A stretch of 64,000 nt of DNA from an uncultured Acidobacteriota bacterium. GTDB lineage: Bacteria; Acidobacteriota; Polarisedimenticolia; J045. The translations under genes and the position numbers were made by a program. Below the pieces are notes generated by a model. The model was not told the origin of the DNA. It worked only from the letters and a program-made list of their open reading frames with translations, and made no database searches. Location of the stretch: positions 13,070 to 77,069 of the forward strand of contig CAYQTA010000077.1 in NCBI GenBank assembly GCA_964420365.1. Reading direction: 5' to 3'. Below, piece after piece: positions 8,761 to 17,777 of this stretch. Numbering within the stretch: position 1 is the stretch's first letter; each line of letters begins with the position of its first letter.

Positions 8761-10611
8761 CTAGCCGCCCTGGAGCCGTCTCCAGAACCGTTCGAGGTCG
8801 CGGCGGATCGCCTCGTCTCCGGGATCGAGGTCCCGGGCTGCCTCCAGCACGTCGATCGCCTCCCGCACCCGGCCCCGCTCGGCCAGCAGGCTGGCGAGGG
8901 CCTTCCGCGGGTCGACGGCGAGTGGATCGACCTCGATCGCCTTGCGGTAGGCGGCCTCCGCCCCGGCCAGGTCCCCGAGGTTGTCACGGACCTGGCCCAG
9001 CCGGTACCAGCCGAGCCCGAACTCCGGGTCGACGGTGACCAGGCGCTCGTAGACCTTCCGTGCCTCGGGAACTCGCTTCGCCAGGATCAGGGCCTGGCCC
9101 CACTGGAGGAGCAGGGACGGGTTCCGCGGATCCTCCCGGGCCAGGGCCTCGAACACCTGGATCGCCTCCTCCACTTTCCCCCGGCCGAGCAGTGCCATCG
9201 CCCGGTCGTACCGGCCCAGGAAGTCCACCCGGTCCTTCGGATCGGGACGTCCCGGGTCGACCAGCCTCCCGCCCCCCCCTCGCCGTCCACTGGCCGCGTA
9301 TCCCAGGCTGCGAAGCTCGGCCAGGTCCTCCTCCGACACCCCGCGCCCGGCGTCCGCCGCCGGGGCCACGGCCCGGGCCCTCCGCAGCAGGTCGGCGAGC
9401 AGCTCCCGGGCGGTCCCGACGATCGCCGGGCGACGCAGGGCCACGTTGTCCGTCTCGCCGGGATCGGCCGCGAGGTCGTACAGCTCCTCCCGCGGGGCGT
9501 CGATGAAGCGCCAGTGATCGAAGACCACCGTCCGCAGCCCGGACCAGCCGAACTCGAGGAACGGTTCGTGGCTCTCGGCGAAGGCCGCGAGCCGGGGCTT
9601 CTCCTGCGCCTCCCCCCGGAGCCGGTCCGCCCAGCTCACCCCGTCCGCCCCGTCGAGCGGCGGCATCCCCAGCAGGTCGAGGAGGGTCGGCGCGAGGTCC
9701 GCCGTCGAGGCGGGCTCGGGAATCACGCCGGGGCGGACCCTGTGGCCGGGACCCCAGACGATCATCGGCACGTGGATGGTGGCCCCGTAGACGAAGACAC
9801 CGTGGGTCGACTCGCCATGCTCCCCCAGGCTCTCCCCGTGGTCCGCGACGACGGCGACCAGGAGCCTGCCTCCCTTCCGGAGGGCGCCGATCCCGTCGAC
9901 CAGCCGACCCACCGCCGCGTCCGCCGCCGCCACCTCGCCCTGGTACGGATCGTCGGCATACCGCTCCCGGAACGGAGGGGGCGGCGCATAGGGGTAGTGC
10001 GGCTCCCACAGGTGAACCCACAGGAAGGCTGGTTTCCTGCGCGTCGCCAGCCACGCGAGCGCCCGGTCGACCGTGACGCGCCCCGGTCGTTCCCCGTAGT
10101 GGACGACCAGGCCCGCCCGCGCCGACGGCCGGGGGACCCGGTCGTCGTACACGTCGAATCCCCGGTCGAGCCCGTACCGGCGGGCGAGCACCTGGGAGGA
10201 CACGAAGGCGCCGGTCTCCCAGCCGGCGGCCCGGAACACCTCGCCGATCGTCTCCACGGCGCCGGGCAGGGCGAACGTGCCGTTGTTTCGCACGCCGTGG
10301 GCGGGAACGGTGCGCCCGGTCAGGATCGAGGCGTGGGACGGCAGGGTCAGCGGCGCGGTCGCCTGGGCGAGGGCGAACCGCGCCCCCTCCGCCGCCAGCC
10401 GGTCCAGGTGCGGGGTCCCCGCCCCGTCCCGTCCGTAGCAGCCGAGCCGGTCGGCCCGGAGCGTGTCGATCGTCACCAGGACGACCGTCGGCGGCGCCGG
10501 GGGAGACGGTTCCTCCCGGGGGCCGCAACCGGCCACGAGGGCGAGCATGGCACCGAGGGCGAACAGCAGCCCCGCCCGCGCGGGACGGAACGAGGAATCG
10601 CGTGGGGACAT
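8761..10611 (-). CDS. sulfatase-family (alkaline phosphatase superfamily) lipoprotein with C-terminal TPR repeats
   Basis: Start MSPRDSSFRPARAGLLFALGAMLALVAGC (lipobox LVAGC); sulfatase-family N-terminal core VLVTIDTLRADRLG with downstream TLPSHASILTG (family-level call, not a specific sulfatase signature); C-terminal 150 aa TPR-like. Confidence 0.8.
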   Translation of the reverse strand: MSPRDSSFRPARAGLLFALGAMLALVAGCGPREEPSPPAPPTVVLVTIDTLRADRLGCYGRDGAGTPHLDRLAAEGARFALAQATAPLTLPSHASILTGRTVPAHGVRNNGTFALPGAVETIGEVFRAAGWETGAFVSSQVLARRYGLDRGFDVYDDRVPRPSARAGLVVHYGERPGRVTVDRALAWLATRRKPAFLWVHLWEPHYPYAPPPPFRERYADDPYQGEVAAADAAVGRLVDGIGALRKGGRLLVAVVADHGESLGEHGESTHGVFVYGATIHVPMIVWGPGHRVRPGVIPEPASTADLAPTLLDLLGMPPLDGADGVSWADRLRGEAQEKPRLAAFAESHEPFLEFGWSGLRTVVFDHWRFIDAPREELYDLAADPGETDNVALRRPAIVGTARELLADLLRRARAVAPAADAGRGVSEEDLAELRSLGYAASGRRGGGGRLVDPGRPDPKDRVDFLGRYDRAMALLGRGKVEEAIQVFEALAREDPRNPSLLLQWGQALILAKRVPEARKVYERLVTVDPEFGLGWYRLGQVRDNLGDLAGAEAAYRKAIEVDPLAVDPRKALASLLAERGRVREAIDVLEAARDLDPGDEAIRRDLERFWRRLQGG

Positions 10612-10696
10612 CGATCGGTCCTCCCTGGTCGTCGTCGTTCCGAGTATAGGCCGCGCCGGTGGTAGCATCTGCGGGCACCGCGGAGGAGAACACCCC

Positions 10697-11986
10697 TTGA
10701 ACGCCGAGCGCACGTCCCCCGGGAACTTCCTCGCCCGGGCCCAGTCTCCCGCCCTGGCCGGGGCGGCGATGGGGATCGGCATTCTCGTCGGCCTCGGGCT
10801 CCGCCTCGCCCCGCCCGGGCTCGCCTCCGGGCTGCTCGCGGCCTGCGACGTCGTGGCGGACGACGTGTTCCTCCGGCTGCTGAAGATGATCGTCGCGCCC
10901 CTGGTCCTTTTCTCGATCATGGCGGGCGTGGCGGGTGTCGCCGACCCGTCCCGCCTCGGGCGCCTCGGCGTGCGGACCTTCGCCTACTACGTCGTCACCA
11001 GCCTGCTGGCGATCCTGACCGGCCTCGTCCTGGTCAACGTCATCCGGCCGGGCAGCGGGGCGACGCTGCCACTCGCGGCCCCGGCCGAGCTTCCCTCGAC
11101 GGGACCCGGGGGGCCCGGCGAACTGGTCTCCCGGGTGATCCCGGACAACGTCTTCGGCGCCCTGGTCCGGGCGGACATGCTCCAGCTGATCTTCTTCGCC
11201 CTTCTCGCGGGCGCCGCCCTCGCCACGCTGCCCGACCGCTGGCGGCGTCCCCTGGGGGAGGTCGTCGAGGGCGCCTTCCAGCTGATGACCCGCGTCGCCC
11301 AGCTGGTTCTCGTGCTCCTGCCCCCGGCCATCGTCGCCCTGCTCGCCCGGGTGGTCGCCCGGAGCGATCCCGCCGCGTTCCGGGCCCTCGGTCTCTACGT
11401 GCTGACCGTCGTCCTCGCCCTGGCGTTCCACGCCCTCGTCACCCTCCCGCTCGTCGCCCGTTTTCTCGCGGGGATCTCTCCCCTGCGCTGGGCACGGGCG
11501 GTGGCGCCCGCCCTCTTCACGGCGTTCTCGACCTCGAGCTCGAGCGCGACCCTGCCGGTCACCCTCGAGTCGGTCGAGGAACGCGGCGGTGTGCCCAACG
11601 AGGTCAGCTCCTTCGTCCTGCCCCTCGGGGCAACGATCAACATGGACGGAACGGCCCTCTACGAGTGCGTCGCCGTGGTCTTCCTCGCCCAGCACTACGC
11701 GGGTGCGGCGGGCTACGAGCTGACCCTGGTCCGCCAGGCGATCGTGGTCGGCACGGCTCTCCTCGCCTCGATCGGGGCCGCCGGGATCCCCTCCGCCGGC
11801 CTCGTGATGATGACCATCATCCTGAAGGCCCTCGACCTGCCCCTCGAGGGAGCCCTGCTGCTGCTCGCGGTCGACCGTCCGCTCGACATGCTGCGCACCG
11901 CGACGAACGTCTGGTCCGACACGATCGGGGCGGCGACCATCGCGCGCCTCGAGGGAACGCCCGCACGCCCGCTCCCGGGCGACTGA
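10697..11986 (+). CDS. dicarboxylate/amino acid:cation symporter (DAACS family, GltP/DctA-like)
   Basis: Multiple TM helices; conserved motifs FSTSSSSATLP and PLGATINMDGTALY of the Na+/H+-dicarboxylate symporter family; TTG start at 10697 after GGAGGAG (alternative ATG at 10769). Confidence 0.8.
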   Translation: MNAERTSPGNFLARAQSPALAGAAMGIGILVGLGLRLAPPGLASGLLAACDVVADDVFLRLLKMIVAPLVLFSIMAGVAGVADPSRLGRLGVRTFAYYVVTSLLAILTGLVLVNVIRPGSGATLPLAAPAELPSTGPGGPGELVSRVIPDNVFGALVRADMLQLIFFALLAGAALATLPDRWRRPLGEVVEGAFQLMTRVAQLVLVLLPPAIVALLARVVARSDPAAFRALGLYVLTVVLALAFHALVTLPLVARFLAGISPLRWARAVAPALFTAFSTSSSSATLPVTLESVEERGGVPNEVSSFVLPLGATINMDGTALYECVAVVFLAQHYAGAAGYELTLVRQAIVVGTALLASIGAAGIPSAGLVMMTIILKALDLPLEGALLLLAVDRPLDMLRTATNVWSDTIGAATIARLEGTPARPLPGD

Positions 11987-11992
11987 GCGGCC

Positions 11993-12529
11993 TCAGCGAC
12001 GAACGCGGGCGAGGAGGATCGCGGCCACCGACTTGGCATCCCGGATCTCTCCCCGGAGAACCATCTCCACCGCCTCGTCGAAGGGAACCTCGAGGACCTC
12101 GATCACCTCGTCGGGATCGAGGTGGCGGCTCCCGGCCGCGAGCCCGTGGGCCTCGTAGAGCCAGATCACCTCGTCGGTGAACCCCGGGGTGGTCAGGATC
12201 GAGCCCAGGGGAACCAGGCGCTCCGCCCGCCACCCGGTCTCCTCCTCGACCTCCCGCAGGGCGCAGGCCTCCGGGGGCTCGCCGGGATCGAGCTTCCCCG
12301 CCGGGACCTCGTGGATGAACCCGCCCGCCGCGTGGCGGAACTGCCGGATCAGCACGACGCGGCCGTCCGGGAGAAAGGGGAGGACCGCCGCGGCTCCCGG
12401 GTGCCGGATGGTCTCGAGCACGGCCCGTTTCCCGCCCGGCAGCACGACCTCCTCCCGGTCCACCCTGATCAGCTTCCCCTCGAAGACACGCTCCGAGGAA
12501 ACCACCCGGCCCTTGTCCTCCCCGTTCAC
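11993..12529 (-). CDS. NUDIX hydrolase (ADP-ribose pyrophosphatase-like)
   Basis: GTG start at 12527-12529 after AGGAGG; Nudix box GKLDPGEPPEACALREVEEETG; N-terminus VFEGKLIRVDREEVVLPGGKRAVLE resembles ADP-ribose pyrophosphatases. Confidence 0.75.
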   Translation of the reverse strand: MNGEDKGRVVSSERVFEGKLIRVDREEVVLPGGKRAVLETIRHPGAAAVLPFLPDGRVVLIRQFRHAAGGFIHEVPAGKLDPGEPPEACALREVEEETGWRAERLVPLGSILTTPGFTDEVIWLYEAHGLAAGSRHLDPDEVIEVLEVPFDEAVEMVLRGEIRDAKSVAAILLARVRR

Positions 12530-13233
12530 CGCTGCCTCCTCCCCGGCGGACAGTCCGCCGCCCCGGGAAACCACGGCAGGAGAGCGGTCAGCGGACCCGA
12601 CTCGATCACCAGGTCGGCCGCCGCCCGTACCCGCTCGTCCTTCGGGTGGAAGGCGATCGCCGTCCCGACCCGCTCGAAGGCGGCCAGGTCGTTCCAGTGG
12701 TCGCCGACGAACGCGCACCGCCGCGGCGAGAGCCCCATCTCCCGGGCGATCATCTCGACCGCTTCGCCCTTGCCGTCCACGTCCCACGGGGTGGCCTGCC
12801 ACCCGGTGATCCGCCCGTCGGGGCCGAACTCGACCCGGTTGGTGAGGACCCGGTCGAACGGCAACCCGGGCAGGAGCGTCTCGATCACCACGTCCAGCGT
12901 GCCGGAGATCACGGCGAGCCGGTAGCCGCGGCGGTGAAGCTCGACGACGGTCTCGCGGGCCCCCGGGGCCGGGGCGAGCTCCCGGCGGATCACCCGCACG
13001 ATGTCGTCCCGCCGGACGTCCCGTTCCATCCAGTCGCCCACGTCGAGGGCGACCCAGTCCGCGTAGGCGAGCTCTCCCGCGAGGAACCGCCGGAACCGCT
13101 CCTCGTTCCGCGCGTCGTCCCCGAGGAATGCGCGGTTCAGAACCTGCCAGACGGTCTGTTCCTCCGGGTGATGGACGAGGGTTCCGTCCACGTCGAAGAA
13201 AACCGCACAGGCGTCGACCACTCGCGTCAGCAT
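12526..13233 (-). CDS. HAD-superfamily hydrolase (phosphoserine phosphatase-like subfamily IB)
   Basis: Internal ATG at 13231-13233 gives MLTRVVDACAVFFDVDGTL (HAD motif I DxDGT), later GDHWNDL motif; stop overlaps NUDIX start (GTGA). Confidence 0.75.
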   Translation of the reverse strand: MLTRVVDACAVFFDVDGTLVHHPEEQTVWQVLNRAFLGDDARNEERFRRFLAGELAYADWVALDVGDWMERDVRRDDIVRVIRRELAPAPGARETVVELHRRGYRLAVISGTLDVVIETLLPGLPFDRVLTNRVEFGPDGRITGWQATPWDVDGKGEAVEMIAREMGLSPRRCAFVGDHWNDLAAFERVGTAIAFHPKDERVRAAADLVIESGPLTALLPWFPGAADCPPGRRQR

Positions 13234-13460
13234 GCCATCTCCCCGGGGCCGGCGTCCCGGCCGGCAGATTGTGGCACGGGCGCCGACCGGCCGCCGCCTC
13301 GTTGACCCCCGGGGGATCCGTCTGGTATCGTCCGGATCCGGAGGGCGTTCATGCCGTCCATGGTCTCGGAGAGCTCGTCCCCCCGTCCCGGCGCCCCGTC
13401 CCGCGTCTCCGCCGCGGCGTCGGCCCATCCCCACCGATCCGGGAGACCCAGGAGGGAACC

Positions 13461-14600
13461 GTGAGCATCGTCGTCGCCCTGGCCAACCAGAAGGGAGGCT
13501 GCGGGAAGACCACGTCCGCCATTCACCTGGCGGCCGCCTTCGCCCGGCGGGGACTGCGCGTCCTGCTGGTCGACCTGGATGCCCAGGGGCACGCCACCCT
13601 GGGCCTCGGCGTCCGCGTACCGCCGGACCGTCCCTCCCTCTCGGAGATCCTGTCCCACACGCCCCTCACCGGGCTCGGCCCGGGCATCGAGCAGGCGATC
13701 GTCGCGGCGCGTCCCGGTATCGACATCGTACCGGCCAACCTCGGGCTGGCCGGCCTCGAGATCAAGCTGGCCGCGGTGCCCGGCAAGGAGGAACGGCTTT
13801 CCGAGCACCTCGCCCAGGTCCGCCGGGGCTGGGACGTCATCCTCCTCGACTGCCCTCCCAACCTGGGGCTCCTGACCGTGAACGCGATCACCGCGTCCCA
13901 CGAGGTCCTCGTGCCCTTCGACGCGACGCCGTTCGGCCTGCACGGGGTCGGGCGGGTCCTGGCCACCCTGGAACTCGTCGAGCGGCACACCCGGCACCGC
14001 GCCAGGGCCCGCGCCTTCGCCACCCTCTGGAACGCCCGGGACTGGCACGCACGGGTCCTGGTCGAGCGGTTCCGCGAGGAGCACCCGGGCCTGGTCCTCG
14101 AGCCGCCGGTCCGCCGCAGCGTCCTGTTTCCCCGCGCCGCGGCGCGGGGACGCACGGTCGCCGAGCTGAACCCGCGGGCCGGTGGCTGGAAGGATTACCT
14201 GGCCCTGGCCGACGTGCTCGCGGAGGCGTGGGCCGAGCACCTCGGGGCGGCGGCGTCGGCCTTCTCCGGCCTCCGGGTCGTTCCCGGCGGGGTCGCGTTC
14301 GGCCACCCGGACCTCCCCCCCGAGCGGATCCGGATCGCCGGCGACTTCAACGACTGGCAGCCGGACGCGGGCGTCGAGCTGCGGCGGGACCGGGACGGTT
14401 CCTGGGAGAAGTTCCTGCCGGTCCCCCCGGGAACGTACGAGTACAAGTTCATCCTGGACGGGGAATGGATCCCCGACCCGGCCAATCCCCGGGTCCGTGT
14501 GAGTCGCCTCGGCACCCAGAACTCCCTCGTCGACGTTCCGCCGCCGCTGCCGGCCGAGCCGGCCGCGGTCCGTCCGGCGCCCCGTCCCGACCATCCGTGA
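13461..14600 (+). CDS. ParA/MinD-family P-loop ATPase fused to a C-terminal CBM48 (AMPK-beta-like glycogen-binding) domain
   Basis: GTG at 13461 after GGAGGGA; deviant Walker A KGGCGKTTSAIHLAAA, LVDLDAQG and ILLDCPP motifs of ParA/Soj; C-terminal GDFNDWQPD...GTYEYKFILDGEWIPDPANP matches the CBM48/AMPK1_CBM signature. Confidence 0.8.
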   Translation: MSIVVALANQKGGCGKTTSAIHLAAAFARRGLRVLLVDLDAQGHATLGLGVRVPPDRPSLSEILSHTPLTGLGPGIEQAIVAARPGIDIVPANLGLAGLEIKLAAVPGKEERLSEHLAQVRRGWDVILLDCPPNLGLLTVNAITASHEVLVPFDATPFGLHGVGRVLATLELVERHTRHRARARAFATLWNARDWHARVLVERFREEHPGLVLEPPVRRSVLFPRAAARGRTVAELNPRAGGWKDYLALADVLAEAWAEHLGAAASAFSGLRVVPGGVAFGHPDLPPERIRIAGDFNDWQPDAGVELRRDRDGSWEKFLPVPPGTYEYKFILDGEWIPDPANPRVRVSRLGTQNSLVDVPPPLPAEPAAVRPAPRPDHP

Positions 14601-15247
14601 ACCTCTCCGAGCGGGACCGGCGCGACCTCGAGGAGCTGGCCGGGATCTTCCTTTCCCCCGCGCCCACCTCGCCGGGTGCGGCGACCACCCCGGCGCCGGC
14701 TCCCGCGGCGGGCCTCTGCCTGCTGACATCCCTCGACGGGGGCGATGAACCGCGCCCCGCACTCCTCCGCGCCGCGCGGGACGTCGCGCGCCCCCTGCCC
14801 CTCCCGTCCGGGAAACCCGGCGCCGTCCATCCCCTCCTCCGTGCCAGGACCGGCCCCCGGCGGGTGCTCATCGACGGTCCCGGCGTGATGCCGGTCCCCT
14901 CCACCGACGGGCCGGTGCTCCGGTGGGGCCTGGCCGCCACGTCCCGGATCCTGGCCTGGTTCCCCGCACGGACCGGTCTCCTGCGCGGGGTCGAGGACTT
15001 CCTGCTCGTCCTTCACGAGGCCTGCCCGGGACCGGAACTCGGCTGGCTCCGGGCGCCCGACCTTCCGCCCGCACCGATCGAGGCGGTGCTCGCGTCCTGG
15101 CGACCCGGGGTTCCCGGGGCGCGGGCGGTCGCTCTCGGCACCTGGCAGCCCGGGGAGGAGTTCCCCCCGGCAGCGCGGGAGTTCCTGGTGACCGCGCCCC
15201 CCGCTCGGCTCGCGCCCCCGGTTCACACGCCGCGCCAGGCGACGTAG
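14597..15247 (+). CDS. hypothetical protein, translationally coupled to the ParA-CBM48 gene
   Basis: GTG at 14597 overlapping the upstream TGA (GTGA); charged N-terminus SERDRRDLEELAGIF then Pro/Ala-rich linker then globular region; very strong GC3 bias supports coding. Confidence 0.5.
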   Translation: MNLSERDRRDLEELAGIFLSPAPTSPGAATTPAPAPAAGLCLLTSLDGGDEPRPALLRAARDVARPLPLPSGKPGAVHPLLRARTGPRRVLIDGPGVMPVPSTDGPVLRWGLAATSRILAWFPARTGLLRGVEDFLLVLHEACPGPELGWLRAPDLPPAPIEAVLASWRPGVPGARAVALGTWQPGEEFPPAAREFLVTAPPARLAPPVHTPRQAT

Positions 15248-15708
15248 GCCCAGTCCAGGGCGAGCAGCACCGCGAAGGCCGCGGCCGCAATCCACCGGGC
15301 CCGGGCGGAGCCGAAACCGATCCGCCACCGGGGAAGGCGGAAGAGCCACTGGACGGCCGCCACCGGGGTCCAGGCAAGGAACGCGAGGAGGCCAGCGGCC
15401 ACCAGCGGGTTCCACGCGAGCGCCTCGCCGACGTGCCCGCGCGCCAGCGCGAGCAGCAGGCGCGTCGTCCCGCAGGTGAGACAGGGGTGACCGGTCAGGC
15501 GATGGAACGTGCAGGGGGGAAGGAGCCGCACCAGCGGTTCGAGGGGCAGGAACGCCAGCACGAGCACCACGAGCAGGCCGACCGTGGTGATCGCCACCTC
15601 CAGGTCGGCCGTCGGGTGGTCCGGCGGGAAGGCACGCAACACCAGGGGGCCCACCCGCCGGACCCGGAGGGGTTCGTTCCGTCCCCGGTCTTCAGTCACC
15701 CCGTCCAC
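15223..15708 (-). CDS. DUF2752-family membrane protein
   Basis: Motif HPCLTCGTTR characteristic of DUF2752; four predicted TM helices; 3-prime end overlaps convergent upstream gene by 25 nt. Confidence 0.6.
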   Translation of the reverse strand: MDGVTEDRGRNEPLRVRRVGPLVLRAFPPDHPTADLEVAITTVGLLVVLVLAFLPLEPLVRLLPPCTFHRLTGHPCLTCGTTRLLLALARGHVGEALAWNPLVAAGLLAFLAWTPVAAVQWLFRLPRWRIGFGSARARWIAAAAFAVLLALDWAYVAWRGV

Positions 15709-17701
15709 CGAGGAGCCCGTCGAGGACCCCCTCGAGCTTCCCGTCCTTGCCGAGCTTCTTCTCGAGTTTCCGCCGCAGCTTCCGCTCGAGGTCCTTCTTC
15801 CGGTCTCCGCCCAGGGCCTTCCCGAGGTCCGGCGAGAAGGACGGGGAGAGGAGCGGTCCCTCGACCCGGAGCGGGATCACCAGGGGCCCGCCCCGCTGCT
15901 TGAGCGGCTTCAGCCAGGGCCACCTGGCGACGAGCTGCTTCGCGCGCGCCCGGGCCACGCGCAGCGAAAGGTCGAGGCTGACCCTGCCCTCCACCGGCAG
16001 CAGGGAGCCTTCCCCCGAGGCCACCAGGTCTCCCGCGGCCAGCTCGAACGAGGGGATCTTCCACCGGGTTCCGCCGAGGGAGAGACGCAGGGAGGCCCGG
16101 TCGACGACGACCCGGGTGCCCGCCTCCTCGACGGGCCTCGCGCTCCCCCCGGCCCCGAGCGCCTTCGAGCCACCCAGGGCACCGGCGAGTCCCCCGAGCG
16201 GCCCCTTCCCGGCCTCCGCGAACCGGGACAGGAGGCTCTCCTCGAGGTTCCACCCGGGCAGGCCCCACCCCTCGCCCGTCACCGTGATTCCCCCCCGCAG
16301 GGCGGCGAGATCCAGGGATTCCCGCGAGAGGTCGAGCCCGATGTCCACGTCCAGGTCGGCGCGACCCGACACTCCGCTGGCGGCCGTCGGCGAGGCGAGG
16401 GCGGCGAGGCCGGCCAGGTCCACGCCGACCGCCCGGCCCTGCACGGTCAGCCGGCCGGGGGGCGCGACCGGGTCGAGCACGACCCGCCCCCGGAACCGGC
16501 CACCGGCCACCCTGGCGACCAGCGGATCGATCCGCAGTACGCCCCGGCGGACCCGGAAGGGCGCCTCGACTTCCTCGAGGGGGGGCAGCATCTCGTGGAC
16601 CCGGACCCGCGCCGCCGTGGCCCGCCCTTCCGCGGACCAGGAGAGCTCGCCTCCCTCCGGGCGGCGGATACCGACGCCGAGCCGGACGATGCCGGGAGGC
16701 TCGACCTTGATCGGGAGCGGAAACGCGGCCCGTGCGACCCGGAGGGCGTCGGCCAGGGGAACATCCACCGCCTCGAGGCCGAGCTCCGTCGCGGGCAGCA
16801 GCGGGCCGGTACCCCTCAGGACGAAGCCGTCCGCCGTGACCCGGAGCCGGTCGAGCGCCAGGGCCTCCCCCGCCTTCGCCAGCTCGAACTCCACGTCCAC
16901 CTGGTCGAGCGGCGTCTCGCCGGCCAGCAGCAGGATCCCGCGCCCGTGGAGAACCCCTCGAACCACGAGCTGCGGCGTGATCGTGACCTCGCCCGACAGC
17001 TTCCCCCCGCCGTGGAGCAGGCCCGGCCCGAGGAGGGGAAGGAGCACCTCCGTCGCCACGTCCTCGAGCTCCAGGGTCACGTCGTCCCCGAGGGCGCCGA
17101 GCCAGTTCAGCCGGCCCCGGTCCCCGCCGAGGAGCGCCGTCCCCCACAGCCGCCCGGTCGCCGGGGTGACCACCGCCGAGACCTCCTCGAGGCGCACGAG
17201 GTCCCGCCCGTCTTCCCGGACGACGAGGGAGCCGCCCTTGACCCGGACCTCGTCGACCTGGATGTCGTACCCGGGTCCCTCCGCCTTCACCGCTCCCTCC
17301 GGCGGGCCGGCCCCGGCGGCCAGCGCGGGAAGGACGAACCCGTCCTCCGCCCGGGCCAGGACCACCTCCGGCCGGAGAACGTCGATGTCCCGGACGACGA
17401 GCCGGCCCCGCAGCAGCGGGAGGAACTCGGCCCGGGCCGCGATGCGCTCGATCTCGATGCGGGTCCGGTCCCGCGGATCGTGGACGACCACGGGGCCCAG
17501 GACGACGGCCGGGCCGCCCCAGAGGGAGACGCCGATCTCGCCGAGCTCCACCGGCCAGCCGAGCCTCTCCCTGGCCAGCGCCTCGAGCCGGGGCCGGTAG
17601 CGTTCCACGTCGAGGAGGCGCGGCAGCACGATGACCGCCACCGCGACGAGCAGGACCAGCAGGACGACCAGGCCGACCAGGATCTTCCGTCCGCGCGTCA
17701 T
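15692..17701 (-). CDS. AsmA-family outer-membrane assembly protein
   Basis: ATG at 17699-17701 after GGGAGG; N-terminal TM anchor MTRGRKILVGLVVLLVLLVAVAVIVLP, long beta-rich periplasmic body, C-terminal Lys-rich tail as in AsmA/TamB-like proteins. Confidence 0.75.
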   Translation of the reverse strand: MTRGRKILVGLVVLLVLLVAVAVIVLPRLLDVERYRPRLEALARERLGWPVELGEIGVSLWGGPAVVLGPVVVHDPRDRTRIEIERIAARAEFLPLLRGRLVVRDIDVLRPEVVLARAEDGFVLPALAAGAGPPEGAVKAEGPGYDIQVDEVRVKGGSLVVREDGRDLVRLEEVSAVVTPATGRLWGTALLGGDRGRLNWLGALGDDVTLELEDVATEVLLPLLGPGLLHGGGKLSGEVTITPQLVVRGVLHGRGILLLAGETPLDQVDVEFELAKAGEALALDRLRVTADGFVLRGTGPLLPATELGLEAVDVPLADALRVARAAFPLPIKVEPPGIVRLGVGIRRPEGGELSWSAEGRATAARVRVHEMLPPLEEVEAPFRVRRGVLRIDPLVARVAGGRFRGRVVLDPVAPPGRLTVQGRAVGVDLAGLAALASPTAASGVSGRADLDVDIGLDLSRESLDLAALRGGITVTGEGWGLPGWNLEESLLSRFAEAGKGPLGGLAGALGGSKALGAGGSARPVEEAGTRVVVDRASLRLSLGGTRWKIPSFELAAGDLVASGEGSLLPVEGRVSLDLSLRVARARAKQLVARWPWLKPLKQRGGPLVIPLRVEGPLLSPSFSPDLGKALGGDRKKDLERKLRRKLEKKLGKDGKLEGVLDGLLGGRGD

Positions 17702-17777
17702 CGATACCTCCCGGGGCGGCCCGCCGCTTCCGCCCGGTCCCATGATAGGGCGACCGGCCGATTCCGCCCGCGCGGCG

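Noticed and set aside
8984-11695. 903-aa minus-strand ORF spanning the sulfatase and symporter loci
   Set aside because: Runs antisense/out of frame through two well-supported genes on opposite strands; composition is Gly/Arg/Asp/Glu low complexity
13232-15247. 671-aa + ORF in frame 2
   Set aside because: Only the last 216 codons (after the ParA stop, from GTG 14597) look coding. The first ~450 codons are an alternate frame of the ParA-CBM48 gene
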